Shown: one piece after another, positions 29,069-39,679 of the stretch
Position numbering within the stretch: the stretch's first letter is position 1
Layout of the letters: each line of letters begins with the position of its first letter
NCBI GenBank assembly: GCA_963675295.2
Contig: CAXXKJ010000001.1
Span: forward strand, 192,001-256,000
Length of the DNA stretch: 64,000 nt
From: a bacterium
Lineage (GTDB): Bacteria > Electryoneota > Electryoneia > Electryoneales > Electryoneaceae
Direction of reading: 5' to 3'
The notes under the pieces: model-generated
The model's input: the letters and a program-made list of their open reading frames with translations, nothing else
The model's database searches: none
What the model was told of the DNA's origin: nothing
Program-made: the position numbers and the translations under genes

Positions 29069-31669
29069 ATGGCGAAACGGGCGAAGAAGCAGAACCAACC
29101 GGAAACGAAACCCTCAGCCGACGAAGAGGAGAAGCGGAAAGCGGTCGCCGGGATCCTGCGCGAGAGTGAAACCGCGTTTTTGTTTCCGAAACGGTCGCTG
29201 GTCGGGGACATCGTCGCCGTCGCCGCGCTGTACGTTGTCACCCTGATCCTGTTCTGGAATTTTGTCGTCGAACCGAACCGTTTCAGCGTTTCCGGCGACG
29301 CATTCGCCGCGCGTGCGTGGAACGATGTCGGCGCGGAAATCGACGCCCAGGTTGACGGTCCGGCGGCATGGAACCCGTACGTTTTCATTGGATTTCCAAC
29401 CTACGGTTCGATGGCGTACCACCCCGATTCGTGGCTGAATCCGGCAAACTGGCTGGACATTCCCGGGCGTTTCCTGTTCGGCCTGCACGACATGAACAAG
29501 CAGGTCTTCTACTACTTCCTCAGCGGGCTGCTGATGTACCTGTTCGCACGGGGAGTGGGGCTGCCGTGGTGGGCATCGCTGCTGGCGGGATTGACCTTCC
29601 TGCTCAATCCGTACAACCTGTCACTGGCCGAAGCGGGGCACGGGTCCAAGCACTGGACCATCGCGATGCTACCGCTGACTCTGCTGCTGACCCATCGGGT
29701 GCTGAATAAACGACGTCTGCTCGAAATGTCGCTACTCGCGTTGGGCACTGCCGCGCTGTTGCTCTCGATGCACGCCCAGATCGCTTACTATGGACTGCTT
29801 GTCGGAGGCGTGTACGCGCTGGCGTGGTTTGTCCGGGAACTGATCCGCGACCGGGCGACCGCCCTGCGTGGTGTCGGCGGGTATGCCGGCGGGACGTTGC
29901 TCGGGTTGCTGATGTCGGCGTTTGTCTACTGGCCGGTTTACATATTCTCCAAGTACTCGATCCGTGGGGTCGGCCCGTTACGGGATGAGGGCGGTGCCTC
30001 CGGCCTCGACTGGACCTACGCGACCAACTGGTCGCTGCATCCGCTGGAATCGCTGCAATTTCTCGTGCCGGGCTGGTTCGGGCTCGGCGGCAGCGCACCG
30101 CCGGACCGCATGCTCAGCGTCGATACCGCGTTGAACTACAACCTCTACTGGGGCTGGATGCCGTTCACCACCAGCTCGCTGTACATGGGCATCATCCCGC
30201 TGCTGCTGGCGATCCTCGCGGGGATCTGGCTGTGGAAGAAAAGCGGCGTGGTGCGCTGGATGAGCATCGCCGCGGTGCTGGCGTGGATTGTCAGCTTCGG
30301 ACGTTTCCTGCCTGTTTTGTACGGGCCGTTGTATTACGTGTTGCCGTTCTTCAACAAATTCCGCATTCCGTCGATGGCGCTGGTGGTCACCGCGCTGGGT
30401 GTATCGCTGCTCGCGGCGTACGGGCTGGCGGAATTGGTCAAACGGCTGATCGCGGCACGGGACGACGACAAGCGCCGTGCTGGCCTCAGCCGGTTGTTCA
30501 CCACCGTGCTGATCGTCGCGATTGCCGGCTTTGCCATCGCCGTGTTCATGCCCGGTCCGATGGACACGTTCCTCAAGGACGGCGAGGCTCGCCAATACGA
30601 CGCCCAGACGCTGCAATACGTGCTCGAGTTGCGCTGGCAGATCTTCACCGCGACGCTGCTTGTGACCGCGTTCATTCTCGCCATTTTTGCGCTGTCGGTA
30701 CGGTTGTCGCTACGCAAAACCCTGGCTTTCCTGCTGCCGACATCCATCGCGGTCGCGATCATTTTCACCGGTTACGATCTGTTCTCGATCGACAAGCGTT
30801 TCCTGCACCCGGTTCCAGAACGGGTGCTGACCAACCAGCTGCAGCAGACCAGCGCCGTCGAGTACCTCAAACGGCAGCAGTTCCCTGAAGCGGAGCCGTT
30901 CCGCATCTTCCCCGTCGGCAATGATTTCCAGAACAACGCGTGGATGTATCACCGCATCCAGAGCATCGGCGGGTACGGCGCGAACAAACTCCGCGTCTAT
31001 CAGGATCTGCTCGATTACGCGTTCTACAGCCCGCAAGGTCAGCCGAGTCTTGCCCTCGCCGGGATGATGAACGCGCGTTACCTTGTCAGCGGACAACCGT
31101 TGGGCGGAAACTTCCAGCTGGTGCATTCCGACGAACAAAATCAGCAGTACGTGTACTTCAACCCGTTTGCGACGCCGAGAGTGTGGTTCGTTGACAACGT
31201 TGAGGTGATTGAAGATCCGGATGACGTCATGACCGCGATCGCACAGGAAGATTTCCAGTTCACGAAAACCGCGATCGTGATGGAAACGCCCGAGTTCATG
31301 CCGGTTCCGGAGGATTCGGCGCGGCATGTGCAGATGTCTAACGCCGAGTTCGGCCCGCACGAATACAACATCGAGATCAGCAACACCGAGCCCGGCTTCA
31401 TCGTGCTCAGCGAAATCTGGTATCCGCAGGGCTGGTATGCCGAACTGAACGGCGAACCGGTCGAGTTCATGCGTACCAACTACGCGTTGCGCGGACTGCC
31501 GGTCCCGCCGGGTGAGCACACGTTGCACGTGTACTACGATCCACCGGAACTGAAGGCCGGTTTTATGATCTCGCGCATCGCGATGGTGATCACGCTCTTG
31601 CTGCTCGGTTTCTCACTAATCCAGTGGTTCCGTACACGGCAAGCACCGGTCGGGGAATCCGATGCCTGA
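29069..31669 (+). CDS. YfhO family membrane protein (putative GT-C glycosyltransferase)
   Basis: WNPYxFxGFP, YSIRG, YATNWS, LPFFNKFRIP, LSEIWYPQGW, RTNYALRGLPVPPGEH; many TMs. Confidence 0.85.
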   Translation: MAKRAKKQNQPETKPSADEEEKRKAVAGILRESETAFLFPKRSLVGDIVAVAALYVVTLILFWNFVVEPNRFSVSGDAFAARAWNDVGAEIDAQVDGPAAWNPYVFIGFPTYGSMAYHPDSWLNPANWLDIPGRFLFGLHDMNKQVFYYFLSGLLMYLFARGVGLPWWASLLAGLTFLLNPYNLSLAEAGHGSKHWTIAMLPLTLLLTHRVLNKRRLLEMSLLALGTAALLLSMHAQIAYYGLLVGGVYALAWFVRELIRDRATALRGVGGYAGGTLLGLLMSAFVYWPVYIFSKYSIRGVGPLRDEGGASGLDWTYATNWSLHPLESLQFLVPGWFGLGGSAPPDRMLSVDTALNYNLYWGWMPFTTSSLYMGIIPLLLAILAGIWLWKKSGVVRWMSIAAVLAWIVSFGRFLPVLYGPLYYVLPFFNKFRIPSMALVVTALGVSLLAAYGLAELVKRLIAARDDDKRRAGLSRLFTTVLIVAIAGFAIAVFMPGPMDTFLKDGEARQYDAQTLQYVLELRWQIFTATLLVTAFILAIFALSVRLSLRKTLAFLLPTSIAVAIIFTGYDLFSIDKRFLHPVPERVLTNQLQQTSAVEYLKRQQFPEAEPFRIFPVGNDFQNNAWMYHRIQSIGGYGANKLRVYQDLLDYAFYSPQGQPSLALAGMMNARYLVSGQPLGGNFQLVHSDEQNQQYVYFNPFATPRVWFVDNVEVIEDPDDVMTAIAQEDFQFTKTAIVMETPEFMPVPEDSARHVQMSNAEFGPHEYNIEISNTEPGFIVLSEIWYPQGWYAELNGEPVEFMRTNYALRGLPVPPGEHTLHVYYDPPELKAGFMISRIAMVITLLLLGFSLIQWFRTRQAPVGESDA

Positions 31670-33050
31670 GCGCGACCCGGCGGAGAAGGCTGATCCCGCT
31701 CCGGCACACCTGTCGTTGCAGGAAAAACTGCTGCGCAAGCTGGGAGCGGGGGAGCGGGGACGAGGTCTCGCCGGCGGTGCGGCCGGTTCCTTTCTGCTCA
31801 AGGGATTCTCCTACCTCGCTGCGTTTCTGACCACCGTTATGCTGACCAACGTGCTCGGCGCGGAACGGTTCGGTGCATACGCCTACGGCATGAACTGGGT
31901 CTACATCCTGATGGTCCCGGCGGTGCTCGGTTTCGACCGGCTGCTGCTGCGTGAAATCCCCGTCCTCGAACACCGCGCCGACTTCGGCAAACTGCGCGGC
32001 CTGCTGCGTTACTCCCACAAGTTAATCCTCGGCATATCCTTCGCCCTGGCGATGGTTGCCGCGGGAGTGGCGACGTGGATGACACGACTGGATGATGTCA
32101 GCTTCGCGATGACACGCGCGACTCAGATCGCGATGCTGCTGTTGCCGGTGTTCGCCCTGCTCCGGTTGCGTCAGACCATTCTGCTGGCAAAACGAAAATT
32201 CGTCACCGCGCAAATCGGTGAGCTCGGGATCCTGCCATGGGGAACGCTGGTCCTGATCGGCGCAATTGTGCTGATCGATCCAAACCGGCTAAGCGCTGAA
32301 CTGGCGATCCTGACCTACTTCATCTCCGGCATGATCGGCATCCTCTTCCTGTACCTGAAAACACGCAACGAGTTCGATTCCCGGGTGTATGAGGCAAGCC
32401 CGGACTACACCGTCCGTGTCTGGCTCACCGCCGCCGTTCCGATGCTGCTCGTTGCCGGGATGCAGATCCTCAACCAGCGCATCGACATCCTGATGGTCGG
32501 TTCAATGCTCGGCGCGGAGGATGTTGGCATCTACGCCGTCGCCAACCGTGGCGTCCTCCTGGTCTGGCTCGCGTTCTTTGCAGTCAACCAGCCGCTCGCG
32601 CCGGTTGTCGCCAAATTGCACGAGGAGCAGAACCGGCGAAGCCTGCAGAACCTGCTGGTTCGCGCGGCACGCATCAGCCTGCTTCTGGCTGTGCCCGTCG
32701 CCGCCCTGCTGATTCTGTTCGCCTCGACCTTCCTCGGGTTCTTCGGAGCGGAGTTTCGCGCTGGACACGACCCGATGGTTATCATGAGTGTCGGGCAGGT
32801 GATCACGATGGGATTCGGCTCGGTGTCAACGGCGCTGGTGATGACCGGTAACGAACGCACCGCCGCCGTCGGCATCGGTATCAGCGTGCTGCTCAACATC
32901 GCGCTCAATCTGCTGCTGATCCCGATTTACGGGATGACCGGGGCCGCCTGGGCGCTGGCGGCAGGACAGGTTACCGCCGCCGCGATCATGAGTATCTTTG
33001 TTCGCCGCAACCTGAGGATCAACAGCACCGCGCTGGGGCAAACGTCATGA
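31662..33050 (+). CDS. Oligosaccharide flippase (Wzx/MOP family)
   Basis: LGAERFGAYAY, RIDILMVGSMLGAEDVGIY, LNLLLIPIYGMTGAA; many TMs; overlaps yfhO end. Confidence 0.88.
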   Translation: MPERDPAEKADPAPAHLSLQEKLLRKLGAGERGRGLAGGAAGSFLLKGFSYLAAFLTTVMLTNVLGAERFGAYAYGMNWVYILMVPAVLGFDRLLLREIPVLEHRADFGKLRGLLRYSHKLILGISFALAMVAAGVATWMTRLDDVSFAMTRATQIAMLLLPVFALLRLRQTILLAKRKFVTAQIGELGILPWGTLVLIGAIVLIDPNRLSAELAILTYFISGMIGILFLYLKTRNEFDSRVYEASPDYTVRVWLTAAVPMLLVAGMQILNQRIDILMVGSMLGAEDVGIYAVANRGVLLVWLAFFAVNQPLAPVVAKLHEEQNRRSLQNLLVRAARISLLLAVPVAALLILFASTFLGFFGAEFRAGHDPMVIMSVGQVITMGFGSVSTALVMTGNERTAAVGIGISVLLNIALNLLLIPIYGMTGAAWALAAGQVTAAAIMSIFVRRNLRINSTALGQTS

Positions 33051-34420
33051 AGATCCTGCATGTCGTCCACCAGTTCCTCCCGCATCACCATCACGGGGCC
33101 GAAATCTCGACATACGAGCTCGCGGCGATGCAGCAGTCGCTCGGCCATGAGTCCGTCGTGGTCGCCGGGGAACACGGACACCAGCAGGATGAGCTGTACC
33201 TCGAACGCGACCGCTACCGCGAACTGACCGTTCACCGCATCTACTTCAACCCGCGCACCCCGAACGGTTGGCTGGCGCACAATGGGTTCGATCACCTCTG
33301 GCGGCGGCTACTCGAGTACGAACGCCCGGACATCGTCCACATTCAGCAAACGCTCAACTTGTCGCTGTCACTGATCGACGTTACTCACGAGATGAACATC
33401 CCGATGGTGTTCACCGTGCGCGATTTTGCGATGCTCTGCGCACGGATCAACCTCGTGCGCGGCGATCACTCCCTCTGCCGGGAGACAGACCTCGAAGCTG
33501 ATTGCGTCCAATGCCTGCACCATGATCGCGGCCTCGAACGCGGTGAACTTCTGCCCGCACTGGTCGATCTGGCGCGGGAAAATGTTACCAGCCCGCGCTC
33601 GTGGGAACTGCTGCTCGGCGCTGCCCGAGCGAAACTGCTCAGCCGGGGTGTGGCTGCGCCGGTCCGACTCGAAACCATCGCCGACATGCGCCGCCGCAAT
33701 GACGCCGTGATTGCCCGGTTGCGTAAGGTCGCCGCGATCACCGCCATCAGCGAGGATACCGCCACCCGCTTCAAAAAACTGGCCCGGGGCAGAGTGAGTG
33801 TGCGAACCCTGCAACAAGTGCCGGACACACGCCGATGTGTGTGGAAGCAACGCCCGTTGCGGGAAGGGCCGCTACGCATCGGGTACATCGGCAAGATGGC
33901 GTGGATCAAGGGTGTGCATGTGCTGCTCAGCGCGTTCCGACGCCTGCCCACCGGCAAGGCGGAGCTGCACCTGTTCGGCGGACCGACACGCACCGACGTC
34001 AAGCAGCTCGCCTTCTGGCGGCAACTGCGTGAACAGGGCAACCTGCCCGCTGTAACGTTCCACTCCGTCCCGTTTGACCCGTCACGGATCTCCGAGGTGA
34101 TGGAACAGTTCGACGTGCTCGTCATCCCCAGCCTGTGGTTCGAGGCGTACGGACGCGTGGTCGGCGAGGCGCTGGCGAGCGGCATTCCGGTGGTCTGTTC
34201 GGACGAAGGCGGTCCGGCGACGATCATCGAGGACGGCGTCAACGGTCTCAGCTTCAAACTCGGCGACGCCAAAGCCCTCGCGGCAACCCTGCGCCGCTTC
34301 ATTGATGAACCCACCCTGCTCGAAACCCTGAGCAGGAACGCCCGCCCGCCAAAAACACCCGAGACCTACGCCGCCGAAGTCCTCGCGCTGTATGATGAGG
34401 TGCTCAGTGTAGCGCAATAA
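33047..34420 (+). CDS. Glycosyltransferase family 4
   Basis: MKILHVVHQF, IGYIGKMAWIKGVH, PSLWFEAYGRVVGEALASGIPVV; ATGA overlap with flippase. Confidence 0.9.
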   Translation: MKILHVVHQFLPHHHHGAEISTYELAAMQQSLGHESVVVAGEHGHQQDELYLERDRYRELTVHRIYFNPRTPNGWLAHNGFDHLWRRLLEYERPDIVHIQQTLNLSLSLIDVTHEMNIPMVFTVRDFAMLCARINLVRGDHSLCRETDLEADCVQCLHHDRGLERGELLPALVDLARENVTSPRSWELLLGAARAKLLSRGVAAPVRLETIADMRRRNDAVIARLRKVAAITAISEDTATRFKKLARGRVSVRTLQQVPDTRRCVWKQRPLREGPLRIGYIGKMAWIKGVHVLLSAFRRLPTGKAELHLFGGPTRTDVKQLAFWRQLREQGNLPAVTFHSVPFDPSRISEVMEQFDVLVIPSLWFEAYGRVVGEALASGIPVVCSDEGGPATIIEDGVNGLSFKLGDAKALAATLRRFIDEPTLLETLSRNARPPKTPETYAAEVLALYDEVLSVAQ

Positions 34421-34437
34421 ACCCATGCTTGGTGCGC

Positions 34438-34470
34438 AAAAATCGCCACGGACAAATGCCCGTGGCGATT
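34438..34470. terminator. Hairpin terminator between convergent genes
   Basis: aatcgccacgg/ccgtggcgatt stem; A-run on the left gives a T-run for the minus-strand gene. Confidence 0.65.
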
Positions 34471-34509
34471 CATATTCAGTTTCTGTCTTATCCTGTCAGT
34501 TCCGGTCTA

Positions 34510-37500
34510 TTACTTCATGAGTACAACCTTCTGCATCTCAGTCAGCTGGCCCGGGATGTCGACACGCAGGAAGTAGACACCGCTCGCGAGACGTGAACCG
34601 TCTACCGTGAACGTGTGCCAACCGGCTGAGTAGCTGGCATCCACAACCTGCGCCACCTGCTGCCCGAGCATGTTGTACATCATCATTTTCACCTGCCCGG
34701 CTTCCGGCAACGCGACTTCGATCGAGGTCGTCGGGTTGAACGGGTTCGGGTAGGCGAGGCCGACCTCGAACTCATCCGGCAACGCCGACACGTCCTCGCC
34801 AACTCCCGCAACCTGGAAGAGCTCAGCCCACTGCTCCCAGGTCCAGCCGTCCGCGGACGGTCCGGCCTTGGTGAACTCGAAGCTGTCTGACACGAAGATC
34901 GTCGGATAGCCAATGCGTCCGGTGAAGGTATACGTACCGCCCGGCGCGCCACCCGGCACCGCAACCGTGTTGCCGGTGACCGTGACGTCCATGAACGGCG
35001 TCACCGTCAGGTACAACGTGCTGATCGGAACCGTCATCCCACCCGGAACCGTCGCTTCGGTCCAGTAGCTGACATTCTCATACGTACCCGGCAGGTAGCT
35101 GATGACACGGCCATCATAAACGATGTCCCCGCCGCCGACTGGCACACTGTCGACCACCGGCGTCAGCACGAGGTACGCCGAATCATTCGGGTTGCCCGGC
35201 GAACCGAAGTCACCCGCGCTACCGGCCCACATGCTGGTGGACACGGCCCATGCCGTTCCGACACTGTTGTCCGCGAACGGGTTCAGGATGTAGATCGACG
35301 CGCCGTCCGGATGCGGCCACTCAGGCGATTCCGTGTACGCGACTTCGTCGATGATCTCGTAATGCATGTCTTCAATCCGGATCTCGTCCGCGGGATCATC
35401 TAGGTTGAAGCCGCTGTAGACGTAGTCCTCGTTCACGTTGCCGTTGTAGTTCGGATCACCGTATTTGGCCAGCAACAGGTATTCGTTTGACTCGATCCAC
35501 AGGTCCTGCGTCAGGATGGTGAACGAGTTGCCGCCGTCGTCGAAGAATTCCCAGTACCGCATGTTTACATCTTCTGTGCCGGCGTTGTAAATCTCGAACC
35601 ACTCGCCGTACGTGTCACTGGATGCGTTCGGGTTGATCATGATCTCCGTAATCACGATTTCCGGCGTCGGCTGCGGCGTCTGGTTGGCTTCGCCCGGCGA
35701 ACCAAAGTCGCCAGCGCTGTTCATCCACTGGATGTCGCTGATCGCCCAGTTGGACGGATCGTTGTTGTCTTCACCCAGGTTCAGGCAGTAGAACGACGCA
35801 CCGAAGTGACGGATGAAACTGCCGTCGTAGTTCACCTGGTCAACCGTGTTGAACCGGTTGTCGGTGATGATGATCTCATCGGCGGGATCGTCCAGGTTGA
35901 ATCCGGAATAGACGTAGTCCTCGTCCACGTTGCCGTTGTAGTTCGGATCATGGTACTTGGCGAGTACCATATACTCGTAGGCGTGTATCCAAAGGTCCTG
36001 GGTGATGGTGTGCGTGTTGCCGCCGCTGTCGGAAAGTGTCCAGTAGCGCAGGTTGACCGAATCCGGCTCGGCGTTGAAGATCTCAAACCACTCGGCGTAT
36101 GTATCCGCAGCGGCATACGGTTCGGCCATGATCTCGGTAATGATGATGTTCGGTACCGGATCCACCGGCTGGTTGGGCTCGCCCGGCGTTCCGTAGTCAC
36201 CCGCGCTGCCCGGCCACTGGGTGGTTGATATCGCCCAGTTTTCGCCGAGGTCGTTGTTCAGACCAAGATCCGTCAGGAAAATCGACGCGCCGACCGGGTC
36301 GGGGAAATTGCCCGCCGGGCTGTATTCCACCACGTCGATCTCGTTGCCACGGAGGTCGTGGATGATGATCTCGTCGGATTCCTGATCGAGACCCATGCCG
36401 CTGTAAACATAATCCGGCGCAATGTTTCCGTTGTAGTTCGGGTTTGCATAGTTGGCAAACAGGAAGTACTCGCCCGGCTGCAGCCAGTAATCGGTCTGCG
36501 GGATGAACTGATTGGTGCCGTTGTCCGTGAACTCCCAAAGACGGAAATTGACCGAATCGCTGCCCGCGTTGTACACCTCGAACCATTCGCCGTAGCTGTC
36601 GCTGGACGCATACGGATCATACATGATCTCGGTAATGATCAGCGTCGGAACCGTGTATCCGGCCTGGTTCTGCTCGCCCGGTGAACCGAAGTCGCCGGTG
36701 CTACCCGGCCAAGCAACCATAGAGATTTCCCAGTTGGCCGGATCGTTGTTGTCCATGCCGAGGTTGTTGAGGTAAATCGAGGCGCCGTAGGCTTCCGGCC
36801 AACCCATTCCCTCATCATACTGAACTTCGTCCAGCATGTTGCCGAGATGGTCGGTGAGACGGATTTCGTCCGCCGTCTGATCAAGACTGAATCCGCTGTA
36901 GACCCAGTCTTCGTCGATGTTGCCATTGTAGTTCGGGTCGTTGTAATTCGCCAGCACAACGTACTCGCCCGGCTGTACCCAGAAATTCTGAACAAACCGG
37001 TAGTCGTTGTTGCCATCGTCTGTCAAATGCCACAACCGCATGTTCGCGGGATTGGAACCGGCGTTGTACACCTCGAACCATTCGGCGTAACTGTCGCTGG
37101 TGGCGTGCGGATCGTACATGATCTCGGTGATGATCAGTTCCGGAACCGTGTAGCTGCCTTCGTTCAACTCGCGCGGCGAACCGAAATCGTGATTCGCCCA
37201 CGCAACCGTCGAACTGCGCCAGTTGGCGGGATCGTTGTTGTCCAGCGTGTGGTTGATCAGCATCAACGATGCGCCGTCCACATCCGGCCACAACGTGCCG
37301 TCGTCGTACCAGACTTCGTCGACCAACGTGCCCTGATCGTCGCGCAAAATCACTTCGTCCGCGCCGTTGTCAAGGCTGAATCCACTGTAGATATAATCGT
37401 GATTGATCTGACCGTTGAAGTTGGGGTCGGCGTAATTGCCCAACGTGAACACATCACCCGGGCCAACCGCCAGGCCGGTAATGGTGTGTGAGTTGCTGCC

Positions 37501-37695
37501 ATTGTCTGAGATGGTGTACCCATCCAGATCAACCGAATCCGTCACGCTGGTATTGTAGATTTCAATCCATTCCGCGTAACTGTCGCTATAATCGAGCGGA
37601 TCTTTCATGATCTCGGTAATCACCAATTCAGCGTGCGCGAACCCGGCCACCGCCAGGGTCATCACCAACGCAAGGAACACCGTCATCCTCTTCAT
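34510..37695 (-). CDS. Lamin-tail-domain (5 repeats) protein with Ig-like domain and CTD
   Basis: Five xxITEIMxxP...EWxExYN...DxG(S/T)P units; signal peptide MKRMTVFLALVMTLAVAGFAHA; CTD. Confidence 0.88.
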   Translation of the reverse strand: MKRMTVFLALVMTLAVAGFAHAELVITEIMKDPLDYSDSYAEWIEIYNTSVTDSVDLDGYTISDNGSNSHTITGLAVGPGDVFTLGNYADPNFNGQINHDYIYSGFSLDNGADEVILRDDQGTLVDEVWYDDGTLWPDVDGASLMLINHTLDNNDPANWRSSTVAWANHDFGSPRELNEGSYTVPELIITEIMYDPHATSDSYAEWFEVYNAGSNPANMRLWHLTDDGNNDYRFVQNFWVQPGEYVVLANYNDPNYNGNIDEDWVYSGFSLDQTADEIRLTDHLGNMLDEVQYDEGMGWPEAYGASIYLNNLGMDNNDPANWEISMVAWPGSTGDFGSPGEQNQAGYTVPTLIITEIMYDPYASSDSYGEWFEVYNAGSDSVNFRLWEFTDNGTNQFIPQTDYWLQPGEYFLFANYANPNYNGNIAPDYVYSGMGLDQESDEIIIHDLRGNEIDVVEYSPAGNFPDPVGASIFLTDLGLNNDLGENWAISTTQWPGSAGDYGTPGEPNQPVDPVPNIIITEIMAEPYAAADTYAEWFEIFNAEPDSVNLRYWTLSDSGGNTHTITQDLWIHAYEYMVLAKYHDPNYNGNVDEDYVYSGFNLDDPADEIIITDNRFNTVDQVNYDGSFIRHFGASFYCLNLGEDNNDPSNWAISDIQWMNSAGDFGSPGEANQTPQPTPEIVITEIMINPNASSDTYGEWFEIYNAGTEDVNMRYWEFFDDGGNSFTILTQDLWIESNEYLLLAKYGDPNYNGNVNEDYVYSGFNLDDPADEIRIEDMHYEIIDEVAYTESPEWPHPDGASIYILNPFADNSVGTAWAVSTSMWAGSAGDFGSPGNPNDSAYLVLTPVVDSVPVGGGDIVYDGRVISYLPGTYENVSYWTEATVPGGMTVPISTLYLTVTPFMDVTVTGNTVAVPGGAPGGTYTFTGRIGYPTIFVSDSFEFTKAGPSADGWTWEQWAELFQVAGVGEDVSALPDEFEVGLAYPNPFNPTTSIEVALPEAGQVKMMMYNMLGQQVAQVVDASYSAGWHTFTVDGSRLASGVYFLRVDIPGQLTEMQKVVLMK

Positions 37696-38066
37696 GATAC
37701 CTCTCCCTTCACTGTCCTGTATCACTTGATTTATATCGCGTTTGTGTTGTGCTACCGCTTCGTTTGTTTCAGCAGGCTGAATTCGATACTCAGTTGAGGA
37801 ACAAAAGGATAAAACGAATTATCCGAAAATTGAATTGCAACTAGCGTGAAAAACATAACTTCGCGGAGTTAGGACAACCTTACTATCGATAAGGATAGGC
37901 GCGTGAGGAGGGGAAAACAAGCGCAAACGCAAAATTTCAGAAGGTTATGAGAGCCCGAGTGCGCTGCGTCACAGGAAAAACGTGAGAACCCGGCGGGAAG
38001 CCGGGTTGGAAGTAGAGAGCAAAGCAGTGGATACCGCCATCAGTATTGTATTGACGCCAATGTGAC

Positions 38067-38627
38067 TCACTGCTTCTTCAGGGTCAGGCTGAACACCGGT
38101 TTCCACTCCAGTTCCTCACCAGTAATGGTGGCGGTGTAGCTACTGTCCCTACGATCGTTGCCGTCTTTTTCAATCGTGTACTTCGCGCGCACATTCCGTA
38201 TCTTCATCTGCCACTGCAGGCCACGCTCATCGGCGTTGACCTGAGGCTGGATCAATCCGCCGTCATCGGTCATCGCCATCATCTGGTACTTGTCTTTGCG
38301 AGCGTCCCAAGTGATTGTGGTCCACGTGTGCTGCACCACTTCATCGCCCCGTTTGCCGATGCTTTCCATCACCAGAACCATCCCGTCCATTTCGAAGTGC
38401 GAGGTCTCGGTCAACGTCACCGTCTCCGAGAGCTTCTGGCCACTGCGTGACATCATCGTCTCACCGATCCACGTGCCCTCCAGCCAGTCGAGCACCGCCA
38501 TCTTTTCCTTCACCTGCGTGGACGCATCCCGCGACTGCAGCGCGCGCGCGGGTTTGCGTGCCTGCACAACCACCGCCAGACTCAGCAGCAGCGCGAGCGT
38601 CAGACTTGTTCGCATCAACCGTTTCAT
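38067..38627 (-). CDS. Secreted beta-barrel protein (DUF1579-like)
   Basis: Signal peptide; KMAVLDWLEGTWIGE N-terminal motif. Confidence 0.6.
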   Translation of the reverse strand: MKRLMRTSLTLALLLSLAVVVQARKPARALQSRDASTQVKEKMAVLDWLEGTWIGETMMSRSGQKLSETVTLTETSHFEMDGMVLVMESIGKRGDEVVQHTWTTITWDARKDKYQMMAMTDDGGLIQPQVNADERGLQWQMKIRNVRAKYTIEKDGNDRRDSSYTATITGEELEWKPVFSLTLKKQ

Positions 38628-38720
38628 TGCGGACTCCGTTGGGTGTTGTTCGTTGTGCTACGGGGAACACGACACGGCGGACGAGAAGTTCCGCGCCTTC
38701 GTAAACATCCCACCTGCTGA

Positions 38721-39260
38721 TCAGTGCTGCGGCGGACGCTTGCGTGCCGGATTGTACCGATAAGTCAAACTTACGAGGCCGGTGGCGAAAGATTCCACTC
38801 CGGCCAGTTCGAACCACCGTTCCGGATGCTCGGTGAACAACGGCCGTCCCGCACCCAACACCACCGGATGGATCGCGAGCACCAGCTCATCGACCAGCCC
38901 GGCATCGAGCAACGGTTTCGCGAACTCCGCCCCGCCAAACAACCAGATCTTCCCACCCGTTTCGCCCTTCAGATCCCTGACAACCGACACCGGATCGTCC
39001 CGCGATACTTCCACGTACTCGATCGGCTGTAGCTCATCGCTCCGTGTGAAAACGATCGACCGTTTGTCCGCGAACGGCCATTCGTCACCGAACGCCAACG
39101 CCTGCTCGTACGTTTTCCGGCCCATCACCAACGTGTCCACGTCGGCAACAAACTCGCTGAAGCCATAGTCCTGGTCGTGGAACAGCCAGCCGTGATCATC
39201 ATCGCGGCCGACAATTTTGCCGTCGAGGCTGGTCGCGAGATACAGGGATAGTATGCGCAT
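38721..39260 (-). CDS. Dihydrofolate reductase/RibD C-terminal family protein
   Basis: ATSLDGKI, LVMGRKTYE, IWLFGG, GLVDELVLAIHPVVLGAGRPLF. Confidence 0.9.
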   Translation of the reverse strand: MRILSLYLATSLDGKIVGRDDDHGWLFHDQDYGFSEFVADVDTLVMGRKTYEQALAFGDEWPFADKRSIVFTRSDELQPIEYVEVSRDDPVSVVRDLKGETGGKIWLFGGAEFAKPLLDAGLVDELVLAIHPVVLGAGRPLFTEHPERWFELAGVESFATGLVSLTYRYNPARKRPPQH

Positions 39261-39295
39261 GGAGGACCCTTTGTGATCGATGGAACCAGAGAGAG

Positions 39296-39324
39296 AAAAA
39301 CCCGGACCTCGCTGAGATCCGGGT
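39296..39324 (-). terminator. Terminator after rpmB
   Basis: acccgga/tccgggt stem plus a T-run on the minus strand. Confidence 0.55.
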
Positions 39325-39347
39325 GGATATCGCAACACATGTGCGGA

Positions 39348-39584
39348 TCAGACTTCGATGCCTTTGCGACGGAGGTCGCGCAGCACCGGGCCTATGCCCT
39401 TCTTGTCAATCGTCTTCAGGGCCTTGGTCGAAATCTTCAAGGTGATCCAACGGTCTTCTTCCGGGATGTAAATCCGCTTCTTCTGCAGATTCGGCAGCCA
39501 ACGGCGCTTGCTCAAGTTGTGCGCGTGGCTGACATTGTTTCCCGTCATCGGCTTCTTGCCGGTAACATCACAGCGGCGTGCCAT
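39348..39584 (-). CDS. rpmB: 50S ribosomal protein L28
   Basis: [34 protein letters not shown]. Confidence 0.97.
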   Translation of the reverse strand: MARRCDVTGKKPMTGNNVSHAHNLSKRRWLPNLQKKRIYIPEEDRWITLKISTKALKTIDKKGIGPVLRDLRRKGIEV

Positions 39585-39679
39585 CGTTCTATTCTCCAAC
39601 AATCCGGTTTTTCTGACAGACGCGAAAGATACACAGCGTCCCCCCGCCGCGCAAACACCGCAACAGGCCTCGGAGTCAC

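Noticed and set aside
37696-38066. Long leader regions (also 2076..2450, 22225..22420) as riboswitch or tRNA
   Set aside because: No recognisable aptamer or cloverleaf by eye; an Rfam/Infernal scan would be needed to exclude them.
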